The notes: generated by a model from the letters alone, not told the origin. A stretch of DNA of 64,000 bases from Hyphochytrium catenoides (GCA_900088475.1 FLMG01003675.1:56028-120027), one strand, 5' to 3'; counted from the first letter of the stretch, positions 1 to 12,484 are shown. A program made the numbers and translations.

Positions 1-1349
1 ATCATCATCACAGTTGTTGTGCTACCTTTTGAGAGTAGCAGTAGTAGGTAGAAATGGTGGTAGTACTAGTAGTCCCTTTCATAGACCTTTTCTCGGAACT
101 TCCGAGTGTTTTGTCACTTCGTCATCAAAGGATGAGACTCCCCACCACAAGCTGTCTGAAAAAAAGAAGCCTTTTACTTACCCCATAATAAACTTATTAA
201 CTGCTTCCTTTTACTTCTTTGCCGCAGCATCAAATCAACCCACCTTTCTTACAGCGTTTTCTGCTCCCCTCCGTCTCTGTTTCCCCTGCAGTCCGGAGGA
301 GGAGCCTTGTTGCCATCTCACATCACCACTAAGACTCGATGCCGCGCTACTGATAATAATATCCCTATTGATGGCTGTATGGGTGGTGAGGCCTCCAGTG
401 AGGTTAAACTGACACCGCCCCCTTGGAAGCCTTGACCCCACTACTGGTAATAATAACAATATGTAGACCACCAAAAATCCACCACGCTTTCTCCCTCCGC
501 CTTCTTCGAATTATAAGAAAAGAAGGTCACAAAGCAGATACTGACAACGGGGGAGCCTACTATGGACATTAGCTTAGTAAATCAATAGCAAAATTCTCTA
601 GTTCCTACTCTTCTATCATCAAAAAAACTTTGCCCTCCTTCGTTTGTTGAGATCATCATCATCTTCTGTGTTGGGAGTCTGAGAGTGTATGTCCCAGTAC
701 TTTTGTTAAAGAATCAGTTACTGCTCGACGAGAGTGGGTGGGCCTACCGAGACATCACCACCTCGCAGAATCCTGATTACATTGCGATATCCCTTCTGTG
801 TTTATCCTCCCATCCATCCGCTGATTCTTTCTCCCCAATTCTGATGACTGTGGAGGGTAAATGGACATGTCCCACGATGATCCTCCTCCTCCTTTCTCGG
901 CCGCTCTGTCTCACCTTCTCCCTCTCTTTTTGAGTTCTTTCTGTCCCATTCTTCGTCCCCGTTGCACAGTCTAGTCCCTAGTAAAGGGTTCTCTCTGTCT
1001 TTATACGTAGACCTCGTAGTTTCTTTTTGAGGAGGATCTCTCTTCGCTCTCTTATTATTCTTCGGGTCGCTAGGAACTCTGTCATCCTCAGTCATAGTCA
1101 ACACCTGTTCTGTGTCTCCAAGTCTTCAACCTTCGCTCGCTGCAAGCTTCAGAGTGCTTTATTAGCCGTACTTCTAACTACCTGTCGCCAAGTGGTTGCG
1201 TCCGTGTTCATCGTCAGAGCTTCACCAGCGCTTAGTGCGCAGCCAACTAGTCTCTTGACACAAGGTTGCAGATTGAGGATCAAACACCAACGCAGAAAGT
1301 CTAGTTAGCCTATTTTCCAAGCTCTTCCCTTCTTGTCACTTTGCGCAAG

Positions 1350-2426
1350 ATGGGTGGTGAAGCCTGCCATAACTATCGTCTCGATATGACGGGGAGTACT
1401 TACGGGGTTTGCGTCTGTGGCCATGGCAGAGCGGAGCACATAGAAAGGAAAGATGTTGCCGGAAGCAGCTATCGAAATAACCTGCGGCATTCGTCTTCCT
1501 CGCTACCTTCATGGACGGGTCCGCAACGATCATCGTTCTCGGTTGGCAGTAGTGTGAGCAGGCCAAGAGAAGCTTTTAGTGGTGGAGGTGGAGCTTCGAC
1601 TTCTTGGAATCAGCGAAGCAGTGTAGTTGGCCACACGGCGCCCGGAGACATCCATGAGAAGGAAACTCACAGCTGGAATGCAAGGATCTCAGAAGACAAC
1701 GACCGCGAGACTCCTCCTTTTGCACGGCACTCAATGCCAGCCATACGCCCTGCAAACAGCTCAAGCTTCTCAGGATCCACGGAACACATTAGCTCCTACA
1801 GTAATAGAGATGACCACCATGCAGAGAGAGGGCGGAGGGAAGAAAGCCATATTTCCCATGAGATCGAGAATGGCTCAAACTCCAGCGCCGCTCTGGAGGA
1901 GTTCACAGCGCTCTTGACGAGCCGGTGCTACGATCCTGAGAATGTACAGTTCAAAGAGCTCCCACGAAAAGCCCAGGAAGGCATTCGGCTAATTTTTCAG
2001 GCTGCAGAAAGGGACAGCGCGGGCGCTATAACACCACCTCCACCTCCCGCTCATGTCCAGCAACAACCAAAGCACTCTTTGCCTGCACGGCTCCCGACAC
2101 CGCAGCATGCTTCATCCCCAACTTACCGTCCACAACCTGGCGCTGGCGTCCAGAAAGCGGTCTCAGCGGTGGGAGGGGGATACGCCTCTGTTGGCAGACC
2201 GGCCTCTGTTCCTAGACTTCCACAGCAGACTTCATGGTCAGACGAGGAGGAGGAGGATGAGAGCTGGAGCAGTAACCCTTACGGTGGTCGTGCCTCTGCT
2301 CCAGCTGCACCCAAAGGTAAATCTGGCCCCTGCGACCACTATGAGCTCGACATGCTTGGAGCGACATATGGAGTGTGCAAATGTGGCCACAGTCGCGCTG
2401 CGCACATGTTTGCAAGAGGCTTTTAA
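1350..2426 (+). CDS. Intronless hypothetical protein with N- and C-terminal copies of a C-x14-C-x-C-G-H-x4-H putative zinc-binding motif and a disordered Ser/Pro-rich middle
   Basis: Open 358-codon frame from ATG 1350. Repeat CHNYRLDMTGSTYGVCVCGHGRAEH (1365-1439) matches CDHYELDMLGATYGVCKCGHSRAAH (2331-2405). AATAAA-containing AT-rich tract follows the stop. Confidence 0.8.
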   Translation: MGGEACHNYRLDMTGSTYGVCVCGHGRAEHIERKDVAGSSYRNNLRHSSSSLPSWTGPQRSSFSVGSSVSRPREAFSGGGGASTSWNQRSSVVGHTAPGDIHEKETHSWNARISEDNDRETPPFARHSMPAIRPANSSSFSGSTEHISSYSNRDDHHAERGRREESHISHEIENGSNSSAALEEFTALLTSRCYDPENVQFKELPRKAQEGIRLIFQAAERDSAGAITPPPPPAHVQQQPKHSLPARLPTPQHASSPTYRPQPGAGVQKAVSAVGGGYASVGRPASVPRLPQQTSWSDEEEEDESWSSNPYGGRASAPAAPKGKSGPCDHYELDMLGATYGVCKCGHSRAAHMFARGF

Positions 2427-2529
2427 TGTAGAGAGTTAATAAGACACCGCTGTAAAGAAGACGCTATTCTGAAATAAATAGTTTGCTATTATAAACTTGC
2501 AAATGTTTGACCACATCCTCGGCTGGGTC

Positions 2530-4802
2530 TTATCGGCGGTCAGAGTCTAAAGGGTGTGCCCCGGTCTCCGTTGTGACAAACGTGTACAGCTCAATGGCTG
2601 CTTCCACCGCACTTCGGATATCAGTATAGACGACAATCCCTGCAATAAACGAGAAGACTTAGTGACGGTTCACGGTGAAAAGACAGACCACGCAAACCAG
2701 AGGGGCGTACCATGTCGCTGTGCGATGTCCCTTAAATATGCGCGGACCCTGTTCAGGTCGGAGAGTTGATTGCCATAGATCGCTGTACCATCAATAATGG
2801 CTCCAGGCAAGATATCCTGAATTACTATCACTACATTCCTCCCTCTATAGTGATATAGAGTGTTCAGTGAGAAGTTAGCAAGCCAAAAGGCGAGTGTACA
2901 AATCGTCTCCTACCGGCAGATAAGCTCCGTCGCTTCACCCATTGAGACAGTCGCTCTGGTAGCATTATCTATGACGAAGAGTAGTACCTAACAAATAGCG
3001 CTGTAAGAGGCAATGACAACATGCCAAGAAGAAGAAAAGGGAGGAACGGAGCCAAAGGGGCACTATAAAGAACAATCCCCCCAAGACACTATGGAGGATA
3101 AACAAGACAAGAGCTATCGCAAGAGCTATCAAGGAAGGTGACTATCTCCATGATATTCGGTGGGGTCAGAACAAGGGAAATGTCCTTAAGAGGAACGAGT
3201 AAGTACCACTGCTTCTTCCTTCGCCTTCGCCTCTTTAGCTATCAGGTCACTCGTCCATGTAGCCACTTGGGGGTTGTAGTATGTGATGCCAGTAGGGTCT
3301 AGCAGAGGTACCGCCACATCCCTTCGCCATGTAGTCGGATTGCAGGATCCTCCTAAAAAAATGCCTACTGGCTCATCTGGGGGTGTCTCTGTCCTACTTA
3401 GCTGGCGCCTCGGCGGTGCCAGAAAGCTCTCCTTGGCAGAAGGTCGCAGACCCGAATTTGACCTACGGAATAGCCGAACGTCTGCTCGCGTATAATCCGC
3501 TATCAAGCTGTCTTTTGGGGCTTTAGGCCCGGCTCCTGGGACAGAAAAATTTCTCCCCTTCAGGTAGTCTTTCTGCTCGTGGGTCCGGCGCTGGGCACAG
3601 CGCAGGGAGACTCTACGACTAATGTTCATCTTTCGCTTAGGAGAAAGCGGAGTTGGATCTTCCCGATCCTGCAGCGGATCGTCAAAGTCTTTGCCGTTCT
3701 TTGAGCGGTTTGATCTCCGTGTTGGTTCCTTCAGGAGGCGCAATACTGCCTCCAAAGCCGACCCTACGTCACTTAGAACCTTGACACCGTGCCGTCCGGC
3801 ACAGTCTCTTAGGTATGCTCTGGCTCTATTAAGGTCCTCCAACTCTCTGCCAGTTACAATGTCTCCAGCAACATTTGTACCGTCTGATATGTCTTGAATA
3901 ACAAGGACTACCCGCCGACCCCTATGTGTGCAGCGTCCCCGAAGATTAGAACCGTAATACACACCAGATGCCTCATGGTTACTCCTACCTGCAAATATAC
4001 TCAATCACTTCACTCATTGAGGCCAGCGCTCGTGTTGAACCGTCAATGACGAAGAGAAGAACCTTCATGATAGAACCCAATCGTCAGTTGAAGTCATTGG
4101 TCCTTTCTCGGTCTCTCTAGAATATAACCTTACCTCTGCCAACTCCTTAGCTTGAGCCTCCACCTTAACCATTTCTGGAGTCCAATCGTCAACCTGAGGG
4201 TTGTAGTACGTTACCTCTTCCTCTTCTAAAACGGGGATGGCTATGTCCTTTCGCCAAGTAGAGTTGCCACAGGAGCCACCTAAGAAGACCTCTACTTCCT
4301 CTTCCTTGTTTTCACCTGAATCGGGGCTTAGAAGATCTACTTCCAAGCTTGATTTGAATATCGCAAGTGCTTCTGAAAGTGTGATCGGCGATGAATCACT
4401 AGGCTCCATGCTCCACGACTCATCCTCCGGCGAGGATGGAAGGGAGCTGTGCAAGGATGGGTACCGTGATCGCCGTGTACTGGTCCCTAAAGAGCGGTCA
4501 AGTCGGGCATCAGGTTTACGCCAATTCCTATGATTTACACTGCTAGTATTAAGTCCAGAAAAGGAGTGCCGCTGCCGCTCCAAGGGTATCCGCCGCCGGG
4601 GCTTCGACAGCGTCGGGGCAGTTTCTGGGATCCAGGGAAGTCCATCATCTGCCTCACTCCCCTCGTCCCCAGAGGCATCAAGTTCGGCTATTGAGATCTT
4701 CTTCTTGGACGAGAGCGCTTGAAACAGCTTTCTCGGGAAAGAAGTCTTCCTATCTATCTTAGTAGGCCCGGTTGCCACTACTTGCCGATCCATTGAGGGC
4801 AT
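2530..4802 (-). CDS. Raw-like protein with two nucleoside 2-deoxyribosyltransferase-like (Nuc_deoxyri_tr2-type) domains; 6 exons, ~591 aa
   Basis: Exons 4802-4134, 4062-3989, 3921-3207, 2987-2914, 2844-2711 and 2639-2530, all GT-AG and in frame. Two copies of [VI]FLGGSC..TWR.D.A.P.L...[GE].TYYNPQV..W.......EA.AKE.A.VLLFVID..TRA..SM.E..E.ICRGR.VV.VIQD...G.......L.DLNR.RAYLRD.A.RHG, resembling Drosophila Raw repeats. Confidence 0.85.
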
Positions 4803-4973
4803 GACGAGAACAATGAGTTTGTCACTTCTTCGTCGTTAGCTCTTTTCCGCTAAGCAAAAGGACCGCATCTTTGGGCCACATGCAACAGCGAAAGAGCCGA
4901 ATAGACAACTCTAAAAAGAGTCCGACACACGACACAATAGAAAGAGTGATTTCAAGAGAGGCTACCGAGAATT

Positions 4974-5018
4974 CCCAGCAACCTCAAGCAAGTCTGCTAG
5001 ACCCAGCAACCTCAAGCA
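4974..5018. repeat. 17-bp direct repeat CCCAGCAACCTCAAGCA x2 upstream of the Raw-like gene
   Basis: Exact copies at 4974-4990 and 5002-5018. Confidence 0.8.
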
Positions 5019-7314
5019 CCGGTGCTTGTCCCTGCCCTGATAGCTAACTTTCGGCATACAAGTTTGACCAGTTCCGGCGTATCAAGGCTTTGCAAGTGCT
5101 ACACTCAGCGCAACACTGAAGCGAGGCTCTTCTAGGGCGGTGGCTGGGCCCCGTCCTGCTAGTGCTCGACCTTCTATTCTTTCGTCCCTGCCGCTTTTCT
5201 ATTTGTACGCCTCCGGTCAGCTCCTTCTATTGTCCCTATTGCAGTCAAGAAGCACATAACCCTGTCTCCTCGCAGGTTATTATGACGCAGGTTATTATAT
5301 GGGAAGCCTACAGGGCCGACAGAGCGAGCACCCTCATCACAATAAATAAGAGGGTCAAGTCTCTTCCGCTTTGTCCGATAAAAGTAGAGCCAATATTTGA
5401 CAGAGCGCTGTGCATTCCTTACAAATATCTGTGAAACCTGGACCACTAGCTTGTCGCTAATATGACAAAATGTTACCAGGTTCATTGTTGTGAATAATAT
5501 TATCTTCACATGGTGAGGATAAATTGTCGATTTACATCGAGTAAAAGACCCAGTTCGACGCCTTGTGAAAAGTGAAGGTTTGGTTGTCCTGAGAACAGAC
5601 ACAAGCACTCTTCCTTACACCTTTTTATTATCTCTTGCCTCACCTACTGCCCTCTGTGGACGGATGATCACCTGACAGTCAGTTGTCTCTCCTCTGCGTT
5701 CCCTCACATTATTCGATAGTGCCAGACCAGCAAGGATCTGGTCGGCACCCTCGGCGGGCGATGATGGCAGAGCTGCCGCGGCGCCTACCAACATTTTGGT
5801 GCTGCTGCTGCTGTGGCTTGGGCTTTGAAACCAAGGGTCATTTCTTCTTTTGCTGCGGCTGCCGTGTGTTTTGTCGTCTGGATGTTTGGTGGGTGCTGTA
5901 GAGCAAGTACTCTAGTATAGGAGGCTCATCTACTATTCCATGCGGAGTACTAGCTTTCTTTGGTTCTTCGTATTATCCTTCTGCCTTACCACTAATGGCA
6001 GATTGGGTTGTCTCGCAATGCTTTCGCCAAGGAATAGCAGATTGTGAGGATTCTGGGATGATGTGATGCCTGGAAGGCAACCAAGGTGCTTTCGCTCGAC
6101 GGGATGCTAGCCATACGTCTTCATATCTTGGCCCGTGAGAAGTTGCTGGCTTTGTTGCGTCCGCGTGCCTCTCACTAGCACAATAATTAGGATAAGGAGA
6201 GGAGAGTACGATTCGAGTGCGTTGCATGACATTGAGAGCTTCAAACCTTGTTCCCAACGACAAGATCTTTTCGGCGGCGGTTTATCGCGCTTATCAGAGT
6301 AAAAGTCATAAGACGCTGCCTACTCTTTGCGCCTGCCTCTTCCTGCCGCCACTAGCTCACTGAGAGCTGGGGGCTTTCAGATAACTACCCGTCCCGTCCA
6401 CTAGCGATCGCCCTAAGCCAGGCCTTAAGATGGATGTATCTGTCACAGGTATCAGTAGTAGTATGGGAAGCAGGGTCTTTGTAGTCGAAATCGCCATTGT
6501 AAGGTAGGGTTAGGGCTTTATGCCACAATGATAGGCATTGGTTACCGCTCGTGTCGCCTTTCTCCAAATCATTCTTCATGAACCCCTATCGCCAAGGAAG
6601 AAGATGAAGCCATACCGTAAGGGTTGCCGCCATCGGCTTTATTACTCAGTTGCCATAACCCATGAACAGCGGAAGGACGACGAGGCAGTTTATTTACTAT
6701 CCAACTCACAACCATGAGCGAGCCGTGTCGTAGCATAACAGCTGCAATGGCCTGCGTGATACCTAAAACTACCAACAACCCAAGAATGGCGTTGAGAGAG
6801 TGAGTCGTCTACTATGACCGACAAACTCTGCCTCCGCAAGGACCGTCAGTGCTGCCGCTGCTGTCCCTCATCCCCAGATCCTATCATCTTTGTCTACTAC
6901 ATAGATTCTCTTGTAATGAATGTCGCCAGTGGCTGACCAAACCTGCAACCCTGTAAGGTTGTAACCTGTACCCTTAGGATTCCGAATGATTTCCCTCTTA
7001 CTATTCCTTAGCTCGGATCAGTACACCCTCTGTTTAGAATAGATACGTTTGAGTTGAAGTTTCCCCAGAGAACGAAAGGACAGGCGGCGAAGGCGAGAGG
7101 ATGGGATCCTCTGATGTTCCTGCCCACACAGAGTCCTAGCGCCTACTTCCATAACCACTTCCGCAAGTCAGAAGCGAGGACCGTAGCTGAGCTTGGGCCG
7201 GACAGTGCTCGACATCAGGTGGTGGGCTTAGGTATGGCCGCAGGCTCGTTATCAGCTACGTTACATTTGCCAGGGCTGCTGCTTTGTCCGCTGATCCTGG
7301 CCCTGGGAAGCAAG

Positions 7315-10300
7315 ATGGTTCGGAGAGGAGAGAACAGCTGGATGCTCCCTGTTACTCTTCTCTTTCTTCCCATCTTAGCTCTGGCAGACCTAAAGAATGG
7401 CGATCTTCTCAGCTCCCGCCACTTGCCCGTACTAGAGATGTCTGTGGAGGAAAGTCCCGCCCTCGGACTAGATGCTACTGAACTCAGGTCCATCGGGGAC
7501 CCACCATCATGGCTTTTCGAAGAAGAGAATACTACAGATCAGGGTGAACTGGCGCTGGATAGTGTTTGTCGCTACATATTCAATCGCGATAACATCAGTC
7601 TCGAGATGTTGGACAACTATAAGAGCTTCTTTTACTTTACGCCCTTCAACCGGGAAGTTCACGATGTGGAGGTCGAGTTTCGCACAAAAATATGCGCGAG
7701 CTTGCAACTAGAGGCCCACAGCCCCAACTGCCATCATCTAACCTGGTATGTGGGCCAGAACTTTGAGCGCCTGAAGCTCACCGAACTGATGTGCAGGAGA
7801 GACGTCTCGGCTGCCACTCTCATGCGCCTCCCACCGGCACAGGCGATGGAAATCGAGAGCACACGGCACCAAGCCGCAGCAGCCTTAGAGACAGTGCAGC
7901 TGAACCTCGTACGTCTTCTGGGCATCAACGTTTCCACGTACCAAACTACGAAGGGGGCACTGCGCGAGTTTTCCAGTCACCCTGACGATGGCGGTAGGTC
8001 AAGACAGAGCTCTAATGAAGAGAAGCCCAGAGTGTGTCTTGCAACGAGCGGAAAAGGTGCAAATGAGCGGTTCTCTACCCGGCACAAGAAAAAGTTGACA
8101 TATAGGGAAATCAGAAGACTTCCGTCTGCTTACTCCGGCCCTATGGGCCAGAGAAAGGCTGCATTCAGCTACACTGCTATTCTTACTTTCTATCGTCGGC
8201 CGCATACTGTCTACCGCATGCTCCGCGCACTTTGTGATCAATCGCACCCACCAGCAGAGATATGGGTGGTGCTCTGGGCATCACCTTATGAGAAAGAGAT
8301 CTTGAGGGAGGTAAATGACTTCCAAAAGGTAAGGAGAAGCGGGCAACTTGCCTCTTTTTTCAGAGTTGCACACCCGATACTGAGTTTGATTGTCTCACAT
8401 CTCGTCTCTTCGTATCGCTGGGCCCTTCTTGTTCCCGACTTGCGGCTCGTTACATTTATCGATCGTCTCTTTTCCTTGTCTACCTCTTAGGCGTACGTTT
8501 CTTACTCTCCCTTCCACCGCTGCGCTATTTCTAGGTCATCAACTCGTCCGCGGTTGTGAAGGTGGTGCACGGAGACATCAACTTAAAGTACTATGGAAGA
8601 TTTCAAGTGGGACTGCAAGTCTCAACCAAATATGTCGCCTTCCTTGACGATGACTGTGAGATCATAACGAAACCTATCTTTGTCTAACTACTCCGGTGCA
8701 TTCAACCGCATGGCGCAATCATTCCTTCTCTTGCCTAGCCCACTCCTACGACCTATGAAGGATGATTTTTTGGAAGCCCTTTGTGAATGGCTATAACCGC
8801 TTCATCATCCCCTTTCACATTCTTACCGGTATTGCTCTTGCCACTTGCTCTCTGTCAGGTATGCCAGGACAAAAGTTCTTTGAGGGTGCATTGCATATGA
8901 TTAACACAGAAGAATATCACGGCCTGCTGGGGTCCATTGGCTCCTCTTTGCCGTCTCCCTCGACCGTCATGCAAATCCGTCACCCACATCCTCAGCAGAT
9001 TCTCCCTTGGTTCTGTCTCGGTCCGTACTCTGTGAGCTCGATTCAACTCCCCATACCCCTATTCTGACTGTTTCCGGTTTCCACCCTTACTGCTTCCGTG
9101 CATCGCCATATAGCGTCACACTGGTACTCCCCAACTTCATATACAGCTGCTAGCGAGGACCGTCTTCTCTCTACCGTGTCAGTAAGCAGAGAAGTTGACC
9201 ACCTAGGAGGACTTTGGTTCGCAGAAAGCCGTTGGATCAAGACGATCTTTAGAGAGCAGGTGGTGGATTGGTCCACAGCAGAAGATATTACCTTTTGCTA
9301 TGCGCTAAAGAAGTACGCAGGTGAGACGTCACATGCGATGGAGGGCGTGTTGAGGGTTATGTTTGAGCGTTTAATGTCGCTCTCTTGGAAGACAATGCTC
9401 AGATGTACTGCTAAAGTAGTGGCTATGGTGTCATCCTGGGTAGAGGGGAGGAGCGGTCTGGTGATAGGGTGCCTGGAACAGAGACGGAGTACTAGTCACA
9501 AGGCCGCATCTTCAATTGAGAAGTTTCCTTGTTTACCCTTAGTGGGAATGGACGCCTTCCAGACCTCATGTAACGTGGATTTGACTCTAATCATCGAACG
9601 GCTAATGACAATGCGCAGGCATTCCTTGCTACACGATCCCCGCTGACATCTATAAGGTCGAGACCTGGGGCTTTCCTGAGGACTATGAGGCGATTTCTAG
9701 TCATGGGGGCGGAGCACATGACGTCCCAATGAATGAAGTCCGACAGCAGATCTCACATGCTCACTACCGGAGAGGATATGCGCGGTCAACAAAAGAGGAT
9801 GCACAACTCATCCCCTCCATTCTTTATTTTGCGGACGATGAGGAGCAAGCAAAACGCTTAGGAGCAGTGGTATCGGCCCTTGATTCTAGGCTTGATCAAG
9901 CCTCCCGGCCAGGTGAGAAGACTATCAAGAGGTGTACACCCATCCGGAGCGATGGTGCTTCTGGGTAAATAACAGCAAGGCTTTTAGTCGAGCGGGAGAC
10001 AATAGCAGGGAGACAAGTAGAAGGCTTGTAGTGGACATAGTAGCAGGGCGCTCAAGGTGTTCCTGTGTCGGGTGCAGTGAGACTATGTATCTTCGCTGAG
10101 AACCTAGCCTTACGAGTTCTTGTGTTTGGTCGTTTGTAGCGGGCCAAGGCTTCGATCGAAACAAGGTCATGGGTTTCCAGAACCATTTCGTCATCTCGGG
10201 CAGAGCGTCTGAAGGCAATCAGACTGAAATAGCAATGGCCACCGCTTATGGTGCGGAGGCGCAGTACCTTCAAGACACCACTCTCACAAGGGCTGGCTGG

Positions 10301-12484
10301 TACAATTTAGAGGTCGGGCGCCATTCGGCCCGATCCCTGGGCATGGAAGGAGAAGATATTGGGGAGATTATGACCGGTATGAAAGAGGTTGTGAGTGCCA
10401 TACGGCCAGTAGCGCTGGTTCTTGCACTAGGGAATGCCGGTAAGGAGAGACCTCAGATTAGGTGCACGCACTGCTTACTCGCTGCGGCGTTGGCGTCATT
10501 GCGACAAAATGTCAGCGTCTTGCTGGTAGATGAAGAGGGAAGAAGTAGCAGTACCATAGGTGGAGACTTCTACGACCGCTTTCTTCGGGAGGCAGTGACT
10601 TGGACATCTAGTACCCTGCAGAACGGGGCGGATATTCTTCTCTCGCTTCTCGGTCTAAGGATTACTGCGTGTAAGGCTCCTCCGAGTCTCTTCAAAGGGC
10701 TTCAAGAAGTAGAGATGAGAGCACTGGAAGAAGAGGGTATTCCATTGGCCCAGCTATCTCAGATAACTGACAACGCCAAGTGTGTCAATGCGAGAGCGTC
10801 GCTAGAGGCGCTTAAGGCTCCGGGAGAGAAGCGGTCCGTGTTACCTCGTCTTTCGTAATTCACCCCTCTTCACTGTCAGCTGGTTTCTCTTGACAGTCCA
10901 AACGTTGCCTCTTCTCTTGACTAACTGGACTGCTCTCTCGACATCTCATTCCTTTCATTCTCTAATATACCTTCAGATACCAGCTCGATCGAGCATCTCG
11001 GTCTTTGTGAACCCTTCCCTTAACTTATGGTCTTCCTTTGTATAACGGAAGTACTCCTGCGTCCGCCTACTGATTTCATTCTTGTCCTGCAGTGAAACTA
11101 GAGTCAGCACAGCTCTACCGCGTGTACTCTCTTGGCTCTCAATTGGCAATGGGAATAACGTGGTGGATCGCGCTCAATTCGATCGCCTCACATCCTCATT
11201 CACGCCCATACAATATGTATCAGAGTTCAAGCATCGCTGGTGTGATATTGAACGGAAGGAGGTGTCAAAGCAGAAGACTCCCTTTTCATCATCAACCTAC
11301 TGTAAGAATGGGAGTGCTACGGAGGTAGTGGGCATCTCCAAGGTAAAAAGAGAAGGCTTCCTGTCTCCCCTTTTGTCATGTTCCTACCTCAAGAAATCAG
11401 CTCTACGGAGTTTGCTCATCCCCTTCTAGTTTATAGGGGCGGGTGCACTCTCTTTCTCTGTCTACCCTTTCATCTGTCAAGATTACTCATGCCCTTCTCA
11501 TACCTCTTCAGCTCTCCTCTTGGTTTAGGTTCATTCAGACGTTCGAGACCCATTTCCTTCTGTCCAGCCTGCGGCTCTCGCACTGGCTTCTCACTCTAGA
11601 GAAGATGAAGACAATCCAGATGGTGCTCAGAGCTTCACGTTTGCCGGGAGGCAGCCCATTTCCTTTTCTTCTGGCCAGTCATCTGAATGGCACCAACGTC
11701 TTTGTCTTCGGGCCCAATAAAGGGGAACGACAGCGAGTCCGCGAACTCTCTCCCCTCTATGTAGAAAACCCCGTTTTCAAAAATCTGCATAACCCGCTAA
11801 GGTAAGAAAGTGCAATACAGGGAGGAGGTCGATGTAGCAGAATGGTAGATCCTAAGAAAGATTTAGGATCTTGCATGTACGCGGGGAACCATTTGGATGT
11901 CGCACACGTTCTCCTACATCGCACCCACTCTCCTTGCTTCGCTTTACGCGACCTACTTGGCTACTCTGACTCTGACTCTTTCCTCACTCCAATATAATTC
12001 ATGTTACAGGACCCACATGAAGGGAGTCTCTCGGGTGTATGCAGCGGAAAGTGAAACAGAGTCAATCTACTCCTTTCCTTCAGGATACTTTGACATCTAT
12101 ACGCTTGCAACTTCTCTACTGAGGCCAAGAGGAGAATCAGAACAGGAAAGAGGAGCCGGGTCCATGGACGTAGCAGAGTTGGTGAAGGAGGCCAAGTATT
12201 TAGTGAAAAAAGGAGGCTTCCTTGTCGCCTCTCTTTCACTAAGAAGGCAAAAAGAGGACGAATCTGCCCTTCGTGTCGCCTTGAAGGAGCTAAAGGAGGC
12301 AGGATTTCATTGGTTAGGTATAGAGGACAATCCCAAGAGCACCAGGCGCTTTACACAGTGGAATAGCCTCAGCAGAGATGAGGATGTGGACTTGTTCTCT
12401 GGATCGTCTTTGGATTGTGGGGAGCCGAGTTGCGAAGGATATGTACTAGTAACACTTATGATGCGCAGGTGCTCGATTGTATAA
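7315..12484 (+). CDS. Large secreted/membrane multi-exon glycosyltransferase (GT-A/GT2-like, similar to plant 'glycosyltransferase family 2' proteins) with a C-terminal putative SAM-methyltransferase-like domain
   Basis: Signal-like MLPVTLLFLPILALA (alternative starts 7234/7342). Spliced motifs YTAILTFYRRP..LCDQSHPPAEIWV, NLKYYGRFQVGLQVSTKYVAFLDDDCMPG (DxD), GLLGSIG, VDHLGGLWF, TAEDITFCYALKKYAGIPCY..VETWG. Last exon carries YFDIYTL...LVKEAKYLVKKGGFLVASL. Some internal exon borders are uncertain. Confidence 0.75.

Noticed and set aside
1-1308. Short ORFs at the window start
   Set aside because: Low-complexity, no recognisable motifs or consistent splice structure; probably intergenic or UTR.
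6503-6516. TAGGGTTAGGG telomere-like motif
   Set aside because: Under two units; expected by chance.
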